Source: Phoronis australis
Taxonomy: Eukaryota > Animalia > Phoronida
Assembly: GCA_002633005.1 (NCBI GenBank)
Contig: NMRA01000611.1
Location: 32,674-96,673 of the forward strand
Direction of reading: 5' to 3'
DNA: 64,000 nucleotides
Part shown: piece after piece, positions 12,299 to 23,260 of the stretch
Numbering within the stretch: position 1 is the stretch's first letter
How the letters are laid out: every line of letters begins with the position of its first letter
Notes under the pieces: model-generated
Databases searched by the model: none
Seen by the model: only the letters and a program-made list of their open reading frames with translations
What the model was told of the DNA's origin: nothing
Made by a program: the position numbers and the translations under genes

Positions 12299-13255
12299 TT
12301 AGCGAGGTGATGAGTCGTTGGCCTTTCGTTTCCGTCTTCTACGGTCAACCGTGATGAAAGAGGAGCAGGAGTCATCTGAGTGCGACGAACTAACTGCAGG
12401 TCTCTTTAGGGCGATGTCCGGAGTCGAGGGAAGGTCGATAAGTAAGATGGGGGTCTTGTCAGGTATTGGCGTCGCAGCAGAAGGAATATCATCTTCGACC
12501 ACGTCAGGTTGAGTTTCAGGAACAACAGAAGTGTGGGCAGCCTCAGGGGGGTGGTCCTCCACCGGGTCATCAACCTCTATGTCGAGAGTCGTTACCTGTG
12601 ATGCATATGTTGGCCGTCTAGACTCACAGTCAGCAGACGAGTGTCCAAAGGCATGACACTCACGGCAGCGGGGAGTTTTGCATTTATTTCGCAAATGTCC
12701 AGTCTGTTTGCATTTCAAACATAATGGCGGTCTTCCTTTCATGGTAATGAGAATGGGCCAACTACGTGAGTTAGCGTCCACAACGGTGAAGGAATGAGGT
12801 ATATCTTTGGCGTTTCTCAGCACGACCCTGCGGACCATGGTGCCCATAAACTCCAGTCCTGGGACAGAAGACTTTTCCTCATATACTGCCACAACTCGGC
12901 CGAAAGGAGATAAGGCCTTGGCCACTGAGGCACCAGAAACCCCGGGAGGCAGCCAGTGCACTCTGCAGGTGGTTACGCCCTCTTCAGCTGAGGTGAATCG
13001 AGCTGTGACTGGCCCTTTTGATGACGTCACAATAAAACTGTCTTTCAGAAGGCACTGCTGTGCTGTAACCTTTGTGCTAAGTTGCATGTACCATTCATCG
13101 TTCCTTGTGAGGCTTCCGAATGAAACGATTTCTGTCAATGGGATGTCTAATTCAGCAAACATCTTCTTCAACAGCTCCGCAAACGTTCTATTATACGGTT
13201 TCGAGTTTCCAGGCAAACAAAGTTTGATTACATTTCTTCCATATGGCGTCTCCAT
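12299..13255 (-). CDS. Tx1 ORF1 (gag-like, zinc knuckles)
   Basis: 318 aa; CLKCKQTGHLRNKC and CRECHAFGHSSADC CCHC knuckles; RRM-like N-terminal part (RVHWLPP..LSPFGRV). Confidence 0.9.
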   Translation of the reverse strand: METPYGRNVIKLCLPGNSKPYNRTFAELLKKMFAELDIPLTEIVSFGSLTRNDEWYMQLSTKVTAQQCLLKDSFIVTSSKGPVTARFTSAEEGVTTCRVHWLPPGVSGASVAKALSPFGRVVAVYEEKSSVPGLEFMGTMVRRVVLRNAKDIPHSFTVVDANSRSWPILITMKGRPPLCLKCKQTGHLRNKCKTPRCRECHAFGHSSADCESRRPTYASQVTTLDIEVDDPVEDHPPEAAHTSVVPETQPDVVEDDIPSAATPIPDKTPILLIDLPSTPDIALKRPAVSSSHSDDSCSSFITVDRRRRKRKANDSSPR

Positions 13256-13279
13256 ATTTCCACTGCTTCTTCAAAGTAA

Positions 13280-13308
13280 ACTACACTTTGATCTTAGCCA
13301 AAAGGCCG
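13280..13308 (-). ncRNA. 29-nt U2 snRNA 5' fragment (about U2 nt 10-38) heading the LINE; not a complete gene
   Basis: Minus strand CGGCCTTTTGGCTAAGATCAAAGTGTAGT matches the conserved U2 5' region up to the branch-site-pairing GUAGU(A). Confidence 0.9.
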
Positions 13309-13789
13309 GTATACTTATACTCAAACAGAATAAAGGTGGGCGGGTTAGATCAAAACATAAAACCCACAAACTTCCTCCAAATGTACTCATAGTTCCAAAA
13401 CAACTTCCCAGAACAACATCATAAGATTCCACATATGAACCTAAGCTTTCGCCAAATATGGTCACGGACAGACAAATCTTTAAGTAATTTCTGCTGAATG
13501 ATAACAATTCTATTGTTGTTGTCAGAACTGGCTAACCCCACAGCTGACCAATTCCGGTGAATTTAAAGTTACATAATTCTGCTAACAGAGCATAAACACA
13601 TGGTTAGAGACAAATATGCTGATTCATTTCCTATGCACTCATAGGAGGCAATAAATTTCAGTAAACAACTAATACCCTTAATTAATTACACAACAACCAC
13701 TTAATTAATACTTATACTTATCATGTAATATTATTCTCAAGTACATAGTCAACCCAAGTTCTAATGTGTTTGTATCATAGTTACTTTAA

Positions 13790-16443
13790 CCCTACAGAGC
13801 CTGACCTACTTTCACCAGTTCAGTGCCCAGTGGCCTGACCTCATTTCAGAGCTAGCAATAACAACAACACTGAGTTCAGGAATAAAACAACAGTGGCTAT
13901 ATTTCTCAAGTTAACACATACAATATATACATTATTTAAAAGAGCATTAAATTTTCTATGTGTTTAGCTTTTCAGAGTATGATTTAAAAGCATATCAGCA
14001 AATTTATAGACGTGTGAAGAAAGCAGAAAAGTTTGTGTTGATGTATAATTTTTTTTAACATGAAATTTGAAAACTCATAAATAAAATTTTTACAAATGAA
14101 ATATTCTTTAAATTTCAGATCTGGAAAATAAATCTAACATACAAAACTGCTGAAAAATTCACATCAATACCTTGAATATTATTAAAATAGCAACAATTTT
14201 ACATAACATACCTGCTTCAGCCACATATTGAAAATAAGTTTCACAGCACATAAACACAATCCACTTAGTATTAACACATATTTATAGTCACTCACAGTTT
14301 ATTGTCTTCAATAAAGACCTATGGTACTAGTTTTTAATTCTTTGGTTTCTTTCTTTGTTTCGGAGTGTCTGGGCGCTCGGGGTCGTCGTAGGCATAGTCA
14401 TGTAGGTAGTGATACCTGCCAAAGCACGGAGACGGGCACATGCGCACTCGGCACACCGAACAAAAATACATGGTGTCAACACATTGACGATGTGCAACAC
14501 AAGCTGATCTTTTTTTGTCTACCGCCATCTCAGGAGCATGGTTTAAGTTACGATTCAGACGAGTACAATCTCCAAGCGTAGAGGGGCGCACAACATGCTT
14601 GGCCATATTGCCATCAATAAGTTCTTCACACAATTGCAGGGTAAAGTCCTTCATTTTAGTGTTTGCACCAGTCAACTTTCGGTGTAATAGAAATGAATTC
14701 ACACGCGCGATGTCAATTAAGAACCAAAATAGCTTCAGATACCACACGAGACCTCTCATAAGCCGCTTGTGGGAGTTGATTCGTTGGTCAGACAAATCAA
14801 CTCCACCCATGTGAGCATTGTACTCTGCTATTACAACTGGACGATTCACATTAACTTTTGAAAATTGACCATTGACTCTGGTTGACCGGGACACAGAGTC
14901 AAATGCCTCACACACAGGAAGCGACGTCAAGACCGTTACAAGTTTCCTGTCCATCCATGCCGTTGCAGTGAGTGAGCCTTTGTATCTGAAGTGAGCATCA
15001 CCTCGTTTCATAGATTTCACTATTTGGGACTTGCTACTCATGCAGTCTTTCGGCAAATCCTTACGATTAGCTCTGACTGTTCCACAGGCCAGCGTCCCAC
15101 GTGATAAAAGGGACTCAAACAATGGGACACTTGTGTAGAAGTTGTCCATGTATAAATGATGGCCAACATTCAAAAAAGGTTCGGTAAGTTCCATCACGAC
15201 ATCGTGTGTTGGTCCGTTTTCAGTGACAGTTGCACTTTTGCCAGTGTAGACTTTCAGGTTCATCACATAGCCTGATGAACTCTCCGCAACGACAAACACC
15301 TTCAAACCCCACCTTATAGGCTTGTCCTTCATAAATTGTTTAAAACCGAAGCGAGATTTACATGCAATCATTGACTCATCAATAGATATTTCTCTTTCGG
15401 CAGCATACACAGTTCTCACCTTCGAAACAATACTATCTAAGACTGGTCTCACTTTATACAGTTTGTCGTACAAAGGATTGTCCTTGTTGGTTACCGCAGT
15501 CTCATTGTTCTGGAAATGTATATACCGTAATATCGCCAAAAACCTGTCACGTGACATCACTGCGCGAATCCCTGGTGTCTCCGTAAGCCAATTTGTTGTC
15601 CAGTAGTCCTTCAAGTTAAGCTTTTTTGTAAGTCCCATCGATATGAAAAGTCCCAACCACGATTTCAATTCTGTGACGGATAAAGCAGTCCATTTGCCCT
15701 TGTGTTTACCAGGGTTTTTCTGTCTCTCTTGCCTGGCATACAAGTTTGTCTGTTCTACAATACCACGTAACAGGTGGGAGGTGAAAAACAGGCCAAAGAG
15801 ACTCAGGGGAGACGCCGACTGCAGGGAGTCCTCCTCACCCAACGCATCAACAGTCTCTCTGGCAAGTCCAGGTGAGCCTTTAAAACGAACATTAACGTTA
15901 CTTCTGTCGTTTATATCCGATGTCCACTGGTCACCACGAGGAGCATTCACAGTGTCCAAGAAATTATTGTCCACCATGACTTCCGGAGCGTTATCGAAAT
16001 CGGCGTCATCCAAAGAGAAGTCGTCCTCAACGTCGATTTCAGCATCCGAATCTTCTCTTCGGGCAAGACGAGCAAGTGGAATACTGTCTTCGTCATCAGA
16101 GTCACTATCCGACTCAAATTCATCGATGGTGTCCATCAAATCTAAAACTCCGTTGACCGAAAGTTTACGTCGATCTCGCTGAGTCGCCATGACTTCAAAA
16201 CAACGTCGCAGGAAACGTTCAAAATTTAATTTTTTTACTGAGAAACACGCGCTTACACACAAAGAATTTGCTTTACTGATGACGTCAATAAATTGTGTGT
16301 ACATGGGGAATAACTTTAGTTTGTATCATTCGCAAAAGATGGCAGATAAACCCAATGGAATTTTCCTACGCATATACGCGGTTCCCGGCCTCAGAGGTAA
16401 AGCAACACGGAACCGCACATACGCGGTTCCCGGCGCTATAGGG
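13790..16443 (-). mobile_element. piggyBac DNA transposon, apparently complete
   Basis: TTAA TSDs at 13786-13789 and 16444-16447; imperfect TIRs CCCTACAGAGCC / CCCTATAGCGCC; subterminal direct repeats (GCCTGACCT x2 on the left, ATACGCGGTTCCCGGC x2 on the right). Confidence 0.95.
14334..16304 (-). CDS. piggyBac transposase (PGBD-like), uninterrupted; start may be the Met at ~16190
   Basis: Acidic N-terminus, MSRDRF, SIDESM, KPIRWG, YMDNFY, YNAHMGGVDLSDQ (DDD triad), C-terminal Cys-rich domain CSVCRVRMCPSPCFGRYH. Confidence 0.95.
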   Translation of the reverse strand: MYTQFIDVISKANSLCVSACFSVKKLNFERFLRRCFEVMATQRDRRKLSVNGVLDLMDTIDEFESDSDSDDEDSIPLARLARREDSDAEIDVEDDFSLDDADFDNAPEVMVDNNFLDTVNAPRGDQWTSDINDRSNVNVRFKGSPGLARETVDALGEEDSLQSASPLSLFGLFFTSHLLRGIVEQTNLYARQERQKNPGKHKGKWTALSVTELKSWLGLFISMGLTKKLNLKDYWTTNWLTETPGIRAVMSRDRFLAILRYIHFQNNETAVTNKDNPLYDKLYKVRPVLDSIVSKVRTVYAAEREISIDESMIACKSRFGFKQFMKDKPIRWGLKVFVVAESSSGYVMNLKVYTGKSATVTENGPTHDVVMELTEPFLNVGHHLYMDNFYTSVPLFESLLSRGTLACGTVRANRKDLPKDCMSSKSQIVKSMKRGDAHFRYKGSLTATAWMDRKLVTVLTSLPVCEAFDSVSRSTRVNGQFSKVNVNRPVVIAEYNAHMGGVDLSDQRINSHKRLMRGLVWYLKLFWFLIDIARVNSFLLHRKLTGANTKMKDFTLQLCEELIDGNMAKHVVRPSTLGDCTRLNRNLNHAPEMAVDKKRSACVAHRQCVDTMYFCSVCRVRMCPSPCFGRYHYLHDYAYDDPERPDTPKQRKKPKN

Positions 16444-16494
16444 TTAATGATAAATAAATGACATGTTCATCCTACATAAAATCTCCCCGTAACA

Positions 16495-17525
16495 GTCGGA
16501 TAGTTTGACACCTTTCGGTTTTCCATACAACTCTGTGCGGAAGGCATCGTTTGGGCTACTGGCTATGATGAGCTCCAGCACATGTTCACTAAGTTCTTTT
16601 TCTGAAAAATCACATTTGGGGGCCAATGTGCGTGCACGGGTTACAGTCATCAATGTTTTCATTGGGTTTTTGTCTATACTGCATCAGTTGTAGGCGGTGT
16701 ATACGGAAATTGACTGAGACTTTGAGTTGACTCTCAAAAAATGTCCAAAGTTCAGCAGGTTTATTTTTGTCAGCGTCAGTTAACCCACTGGCATTCAGTC
16801 GTTTTAAATCTTCATCTCCGATACCACGGAGGATTTTACAGGCCTGCTTACTTGCGTCCACTGTTTCCTCGTCTTCTATGTATAGTGTCATTTTCTGTTT
16901 AAATAACGCAAGATTTTCGCTTAGATCGTCGCTGTCCTAGGCCATCTTGGGTATGGAGGATGCCATATTTGTTTTGGTCCGGGGTCAAATGTCACAGGCA
17001 CAGAGGTTGCAGACACTCACTAGCACTGATCTAATTATAGATCGTCTGGGAGTGACAAATTTCAGGCACTGTGAGAGCTACAATGGCGATTCGATGTCCG
17101 AATTACTTTTTTCTCCTATCCTCAGACAGGAATAAATCATGGATAGTATAACTGTCACTGAACACTGATTGCACGTCCATTCAGAACAGTCGTTTCTTGC
17201 ACTTACGAAGTTGCGGTCGGCTGGTTGACAGACAAGTACTAGAGTTTGCAGACGAGGGCACGTTGCGGCTTCACGTTGTCCGGCTCCCGTTAGGCACACA
17301 ACAATTAGTTTCAGCAGTGCTCCACAGTCCTTGGGGTTGCACAACATCGGTTTTGGTAATCACAGGTGTGATTGGTTTTGTATCGCTGCCACCATGAAGT
17401 AGTATTTGACCGATAAGACACCAGGTTTAGGACAATAGGTTTACATTTGGAGACTAAGTACTGAGAGAACTACTTCATTCACTGCAATATATAACTACGC
17501 TACATAGTAATACGATACTACAACA
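16495..17525 (-). mobile_element. Second Gypsy-type LTR element (5' LTR, PBS, degenerate gag), host of the Gmr1-like insertion
   Basis: 131-bp LTR 17395-17525 (TGAAGTAGTA...TACTACAACA); PBS TGGTGGCAGCG on - (17384-17394, tRNA-Leu-like); gag fragments FKQKMTLY..LWTFFESQL..YRQKPNE at 16495-16966. Confidence 0.8.
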
Positions 17526-18000
17526 TCATCCACAGGTCTCAGTTTAGGTTTTGCACTTGAATAATGACTATTAAACTGCCTTTGGGTTATAATTGTTTGC
17601 AGAGAGTCAGTATCAAGCTCAAATTGCATAAGATTTCCATCCACACACAATACTGTGTTCACAGGTAGCTCAAACGTACCCTTGCAAGGAGCCATTGTCC
17701 ACTGACACATGGTTCGTAGGTTTGGTTTTAGTTTTCGGTTTCGATGATTTTGAAGGTATGGAACGGTCTAGACATTTCCGTTGAATGTGTCCCGCGTCTT
17801 TGAATCCACATTTGTCTGGGTAATGTTGATCTCCACAATGAAAACTCGGCTTGGGGGGTTTCTGTTGCTGTGGTTTGTGATGTACATGGTTCACACTTGA
17901 GTTTGGGGACTGACCAAAGTGTGCTTTAGATGACGTGACTCGTAATTGGCGAGCATCTCTCCAAATGTCACTATTAGCTTGATCACGCATTTTTTCTTCC
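17526..18000 (-). pseudogene. Third Gypsy-type relic: gag zinc knuckle and aspartic protease
   Basis: FHCGDQHYPDKCGFKD..GHIQRKC and VDGNLMQFELDTDS..TII..KLRP, cut at 17525 by the second element's LTR. Confidence 0.7.
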
Positions 18001-18022
18001 AGCTGTGAACATTGATTTTCAG

Positions 18023-18798
18023 TTACAACAACATGTTTTGTGTTGAATGACCAACACTGCAGTTCACTCCAGGTGAGTGCTCACCATCATGCACCAGTTC
18101 CGTACTTTGCTCAGCAGCTGGTGTTACTGTGTAGCTGGTATTCAGCGTAGTGTTTTTAAATTCAAACAGTGCCCTCAACGATAAGTCTTGTACAGCCTTT
18201 ACAAACTGTTCATGAGTTACGTACTGGGAAAACAACAAAGCATCCGTTACATTGTTACCTCTCTCTAAGTTCAAAGTGCTGTCAGTGTTGTGTGTAAATG
18301 ATATTTTGCAATGCTTTTGGCTCAAAATTGTTTTAGTGGCCGAATTCCACTTCAGTTTCTCGTCACTACAGGCTAGTACTGTCATATTGTTCCTTACGGC
18401 ATATTCTATTTTCCATAGAGTAGCACGCACATGGCTACAACTCTTGCCGAGGCCTGCCGTGCATGAACAGTGTCCTGGTATTATTGTTCCAGAGCCATCA
18501 CACTCTACCCATGCCGTATATTTTTTTCACTGCTCTGGCCGGCAGTGACTTCACCTTGCACAACTATTATTCCAAACTTTCCGACGTGTAGTGCATAACT
18601 TTGCCGATGTGACCACTTTGAAAATATTCATACGACTGCAGGCTTTTAAAGTTCTTCATTGCGCCACCGTCAACTGCTTTCGAAAGCACCAGGTAATTAA
18701 AAATATCCCCCGTACGTCACCGGAGGCCAGCCTCTCAAGTCATTGGTGAAAACAGACGACTTCATTTCGACTACCAGTTCGTTGCAACAATCTGACAT
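18023..18798 (-). pseudogene. SWIM zinc-finger protein of the type accompanying ISL2EU-like transposons (N-terminus of YqaJ-type protein), frameshifted
   Basis: Manual translation across frameshifts: WPPVTYG.DIFNYLV..KNFKSLQSYEYFQSGH..VQGEV..YTAWV..GHCSCTAGLGKSCSHVRATLWKIE. Confidence 0.7.
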
Positions 18799-19149
18799 TT
18801 CACTTTATTAGCAGGATTAATAATGATAATCCAACAGATTTCTGAGAACGTTTATTTATATAATATGATAAATTAATCGAAGTTTGACTGCCAAGCAATA
18901 AACATGCAAGAATCACATCTTTGGACTCATGCTACAACACTTAAGAAGAACTGGTTTGTGATAAGTGAGATCTGGCAATGCATTGGCAAACTGTTAAGTT
19001 AGGGTCTGATGACGATGATTCTTAGTCAATCAAGAGAAAAACAACACCATAGATAGCCGGAGCTGTATATTGGAACGAACAGACAGACGCCGAATCCCGC
19101 GCCGTGGTCGGCAATAATACTAACTACTCTACACTACCCTGTTGAAATC

Positions 19150-19268
19150 TTTCATGAATATTCATGAACTATTCATGAACTATTCATGAATAAGTTCATG
19201 AATGTTCATGAAATACAAATGAGACAATTCATGACCTAAAGTTCATGAACTCAAAAGTTCATGAACTA
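19150..19268. repeat. Cluster of palindromic TTCATGAA motifs (likely transposon subterminal repeats)
   Basis: About eight TTCATGAA/TTCATGA copies in ~120 bp. Confidence 0.75.
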
Positions 19269-19369
19269 AGTAACATTACTATGCGTGGCTTCCACCAGGC
19301 ACAGTCCCTGGCAGTTTTAAAACAAAAGTTAATTTACATATTCAAAGTTTGCAATAAAATGTAACATCT

Positions 19370-19781
19370 TCAATGAGTCTTTCTCCAAAGAACCTTCTGA
19401 TGGTTGAGAATCCGTTCATTTATTTCCTTCTTGTTAGTCGAAGGAAATCTATCCATGGCAGGGGTGACAAGTTGGGTTAGTTTAACTGGATCCAGTGGTG
19501 GTCGAGGACCCTGGGGACCACTGCTGATGCTCTTTTTGCCCAACAGAGAAGAGTTAATGATCTCCTCTGTGCTGAACAATAACCTGAGCAAATGGTCAAC
19601 TGCTCCCTTGACTGACGAGACATGACGGAGATCATGGGTCTCCACAGTCAAAGGAGCAGTTTCAACTATGGCTCAATCTTTAGACAAGTCTTTTCTACTC
19701 TCTACCTTGTCCACTCTTCTCTTTAGTCTCTTAACTTCTTTACGGAGGTTTTTGACTGCTTCAACAAGTTCATGGTCCTGA
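19370..19781 (-). pseudogene. Coiled-coil plus BEN-domain coding exon, probably transposon-borne
   Basis: ELVEAVKNLRKEVKRLKRRV then HLLRLLFSTEEIINSSLLGKKS..RPPLDPVKL..INERI (BEN-like); one in-frame stop; 3' splice site near 19782. Confidence 0.65.
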
Positions 19782-20539
19782 CTGCAAAATGAAAATTCAT
19801 TTCCAAAAAATTATCTCAACAGATAGTTTTGCAAAAGCACATATAAATACTTCATGTTGAATTCAGCCAACCCTTCCCTATTTCAGCGGACTACTTATGT
19901 CAAATAACTAAAAATTGCCTTACTCCTTTGGTGCTACAGTGGTTCTCATTGATTATCTGCTCCCAAGAAATTTCCGAACTTTGCACGTGAATACTTTCGT
20001 ATTTTAGACTGTTCGTCCAGATGTACGTTTTCAAACATGTGCAGCTCTTGTGCAGTTCATAACCAAAATGCTGAATGTAATATTTCGTCGAGATCACGGA
20101 TATACATTCACACCAGTGTCTAACTCCTTTAATTGCCAATGGCTTCTCTTGAAGCCAAATGATATCCCATCCTCGTCGCCAATTGCTGTGTTTCTGACTT
20201 TTCAAGAAACAAACAACAACACGAGTTCAGAAGACTAATTCTAATTCTGAACTACTTAAAACAGAAAATTACCTACAGTGCTCTAAATACACACTTTTTG
20301 AGGTGTTGACAAGGGCTGATCCTGCAAGGCGGCTGGCTGAACGTTTGCCTGACTATCTTTCAACAAACTGAAGCACTTCGTCAACGGTGGGTGCTATTTT
20401 ATAGTAGATCTTCAACTTTATTCTTACTCAAATAGCACTACAGAGTCACACATGTTGATCAAAGCAGAGCACACAGTACTAAAGTTATATTATCAATAAC
20501 GGCCAAGTCATTGTTCGCACTACTTAAATAGTCGATGGG

Positions 20540-21330
20540 AATCGTACTTTTGATAATATTGTGTATTTACCAATCATCCTCTCAACAAGATGGGCAATTT
20601 TCCTCATACTTTACAGTTCAAGCAGTGATAATTGGACCTTCCCTTTTGTGAAAGGGGGTATCTTAACTTCAGCACCCAGATGCTTTCTTAGGAAATCACT
20701 ATTCAGTGTTAAGTGTTTGTCTGGCACTCTTCCACCCCTGCCTTCTGACAAATATGAAATTAAACCTTGTGTGATACATTGTCAGATATATGACAGTGTT
20801 ATTGTGCATATACCGGTAGTTAGACCACGTCTCCGCACGTGCACACAAGTTCGATGGATATTCAATAAATAACTGAAAGCAGTCAGTAAAGACATAGACT
20901 TTCAAGCCAAGACGTCTACGGAATTCAGTGGGCATTATTTTCTTCAGTTCTTCTCTTTCTAGGCATGTAATAATTGAATGTTATATGATGTACTGTACAT
21001 GTATCACTTGGCTAAAAATCTTAGAAGCATTCCTTGTAGAAATAACAAAAAAGTAGCCAAGTTTCTGGAAACTTATGTTTTGTCTCAGTTTGTGCAGAAC
21101 CAGGATGACCTTATGAAGTTTTGTCATGAATGTTTTTGATGACGACTGAACAGTCTCTCAAGAGATTGCACAAGGCAGTCAGTATACCAAACGTGAGTCC
21201 AGTAAAATACTTGCACTTAACTTCATTGTGATCACCGCAAAATCTTGAGCTCTCTGTGGGTTAATCTTTGTACCCTCTGTTTGCGAGCCAGAACCTTCGC
21301 CGTTCCTGGTCAACTTTGAATGAATTCTCC
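20540..21330 (-). pseudogene. ISL2EU/Harbinger-related DDE transposase relic
   Basis: KCKYFTGL; HKLRQNISFQKLGYFF; MPTEFR..VFTDCF..IEYPSNLCARAETWSNY..HNNTV; GGRVPDKHLT; GAEVKIPPFTKGKVQLS..RKIAH.VERMIG. Many frameshifts. Confidence 0.75.
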
Positions 21331-21965
21331 CTTGTAAAACCTAATCATTGGAAGGGAATGGAAGGATATCTTCACTTTACCGTCACTGCTATTTGTACAG
21401 CCACGATCCTAACACGAATATACCATTTCACAAGATTTATTCTTAAAACACTTCTTGCTCAGAACATACGCGAAAAGGACGCGCTTGCTTACACCACCAG
21501 AACAACCAGGTTCGCCACGTGCAAGTCGAGGTCAGCCACATGTGACCTGAAAGTCAATGGTATCATTAACTGGCCTATTTATTACCATATCGGTCATTTT
21601 CACGTAAAGCACCAAATAACGGTAAATATATAATCTAAAAATAAAGATTGGATTTTACTTTTAAGTATACATCTAAGTTAACTTTGTGAATTAGTGTAAA
21701 GTCGTGGGGATGGGTGTGGACCCGCGAGTTTACGGTAGTTCTATAGAAATTACCGAAGAAAAAAAAGGAATGAGCCCCGGGTACTGGTTTCACCATGTAA
21801 GTTTTGAATGACTATTGAGACAACATTCAGATAAATTATACAAGTTTCAAAACTTTGTGCAAATGGCCATTATATGGTGTAGAATAAGTAGAACGCTCTG
21901 CCTGAGATGACATCAATAATCACACTCATACAAGTATATGCGGGTGCTAATATGGACACCCAAAA

Positions 21966-23260
21966 TTATGGATGCTGGAATAAATGAGCACATAATGCAT
22001 CATGTTGACGCCTGGCGATGTCATTTCTGTTGAATACTTGTTGGTGATGGACAGGTGGATTGGCTTGGTTGTTGTCCGCCTGCTGAGGAACATCTTGCTC
22101 ACCATGTGTTTCACAGATGTGTATTATCACACATGCTTGAACAACAGTTGGCACGGCACTAACATCGTGTTCTAATGTCTTGTAAAGACATCTCCATCTC
22201 ATCTTTAATCGGCCAAAAGCATTTTCAATGCACATTCTTGCACTGCTCAGTCAAAAGTTTAAATTGTTTCTAGCACAATCGTTAGGACGAGTTTAGCCCT
22301 TCATCAACCATGGGAGGAGTGGGTAAGCAGGATCTCCAATGATAAACAAACCAATTGGTGTTCCGTTATATCTTACCATGTCCACAGGAAGTAGGGTACC
22401 TGCTTCTCCAGCCTCAAAAATCTGTGAGTTCCGCAGAACTCTAGCGTCATGCACAGGCCATCCAACTTCAATGTCATAAAACCGATAACGATGGTCACAG
22501 ACTGCTTGCGTGACAACAGAATAACATGATTTGCGATTGTAATAATCCGTACGATTCTCACGAGGTGCCACAATAGGAATGTGGGTCCCATCAATTGCGC
22601 CGACGCACTTTGGAAAACCCCACAAGTCTCTGAATCCTTGGGCTATCTCTAGAAATTCCTCACGACTCTGACCCCTCAGGTACACAGGAGCCAGTACCTG
22701 CATTAAGGCAACAGCAAAGTTGTACAACAAGTTGCACGATGTTGACAACCCAATGCCAAACAGTTCTTGAACGATCCGATATGAGCACCCAGAAGCAAGC
22801 TTGAAGATGGCCACAGTTACCCTTTTTTCAACACTGATAAGCTGGAAGACAAATGTCAGTTACTTAGTATGAAATAAGGTTGATATTAAATTTGGTGTGT
22901 TAATTGTTGCGCAACCAACAATGCATGACTCAAAACTTTTGCAAATCCAACAAAATGTTTTCATGTAATGTTATGTACAAATTCAATAGTTATGAAACCA
23001 AAATGGGTGTGACCACACGACAAAACACTACTCTTCGGGCATAGTAGGCTATCACTTTTTGTTGTGATATTTCAAAACGTAATTCCGAAAATGTCCCATT
23101 AAACTTATCATACGAAAATTGGTTATCTATTTATCTAGATAAGGTTGCAGGGCTTCAGTCATGCTTTGAAACGTAGCACGTGACATTCTGAAATGTCTCT
23201 TCCATTCATCATCATCTGCAGTTTGCCACAAACCATCGTACCACGACTAGCTTCTAAGAG
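21966..23260 (-). pseudogene. Harbinger (HARBI1-like) transposase, spliced, with stops and frameshifts
   Basis: DDDEWKRHFRMSRATF (~23150-23230); AIFKLASGCSY..GFPKCVGAIDGTHIPI..YYNRK..HDARVL..IGDPAYPLLPWLMK; IENAFGRLKMRWRCL. Confidence 0.88.

Larger units (their letters stand above)
8738..13310 (-). mobile_element. Full-length L1/Tx1-clade non-LTR retrotransposon (Keno-like)
   Basis: ORF1 + ORF2, AATAAA (8759-8764) and A-rich tail (8738-8750) on -, probable TSD ATACTT (8734-8739 / 13311-13316), U2 snRNA fragment at the 5' end. Confidence 0.92.
1..16494 (-). mobile_element. Gmr1-like Ty3/Gypsy LTR retrotransposon (integrase upstream of RT), with nested insertions; 3' LTR runs off the window start
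   Basis: Minus-strand order gag (ATG 7730, CCHC knuckle) - protease (LRDTG) - integrase - RT - RNase H. The two LTR copies match (1-518 vs 13321-13789 + 16448-16494). LTR termini TGTTACG...CGTGACA; PBS and PPT at the expected positions. Confidence 0.93.
8222..16494 (-). repeat. 5' LTR of the Gmr1-like element in three pieces (8222-~8739, ~13311-13789, 16448-16494; ~1.05 kb rejoined)
   Basis: TGTCACG at 8222 next to the PBS, CGTAACA at 16494, homology to 1-518; interrupted by a LINE and a piggyBac. Confidence 0.88.

Noticed and set aside
13280-13308. Functional U2 snRNA gene
   Set aside because: Only 29 nt; no Sm site, 3' stem-loops or upstream U2 sequence.
12807-16182. Plus-strand ORFs 12807-13424 and 15643-16182
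   Set aside because: Antisense shadows of LINE ORF1 and the piggyBac transposase.
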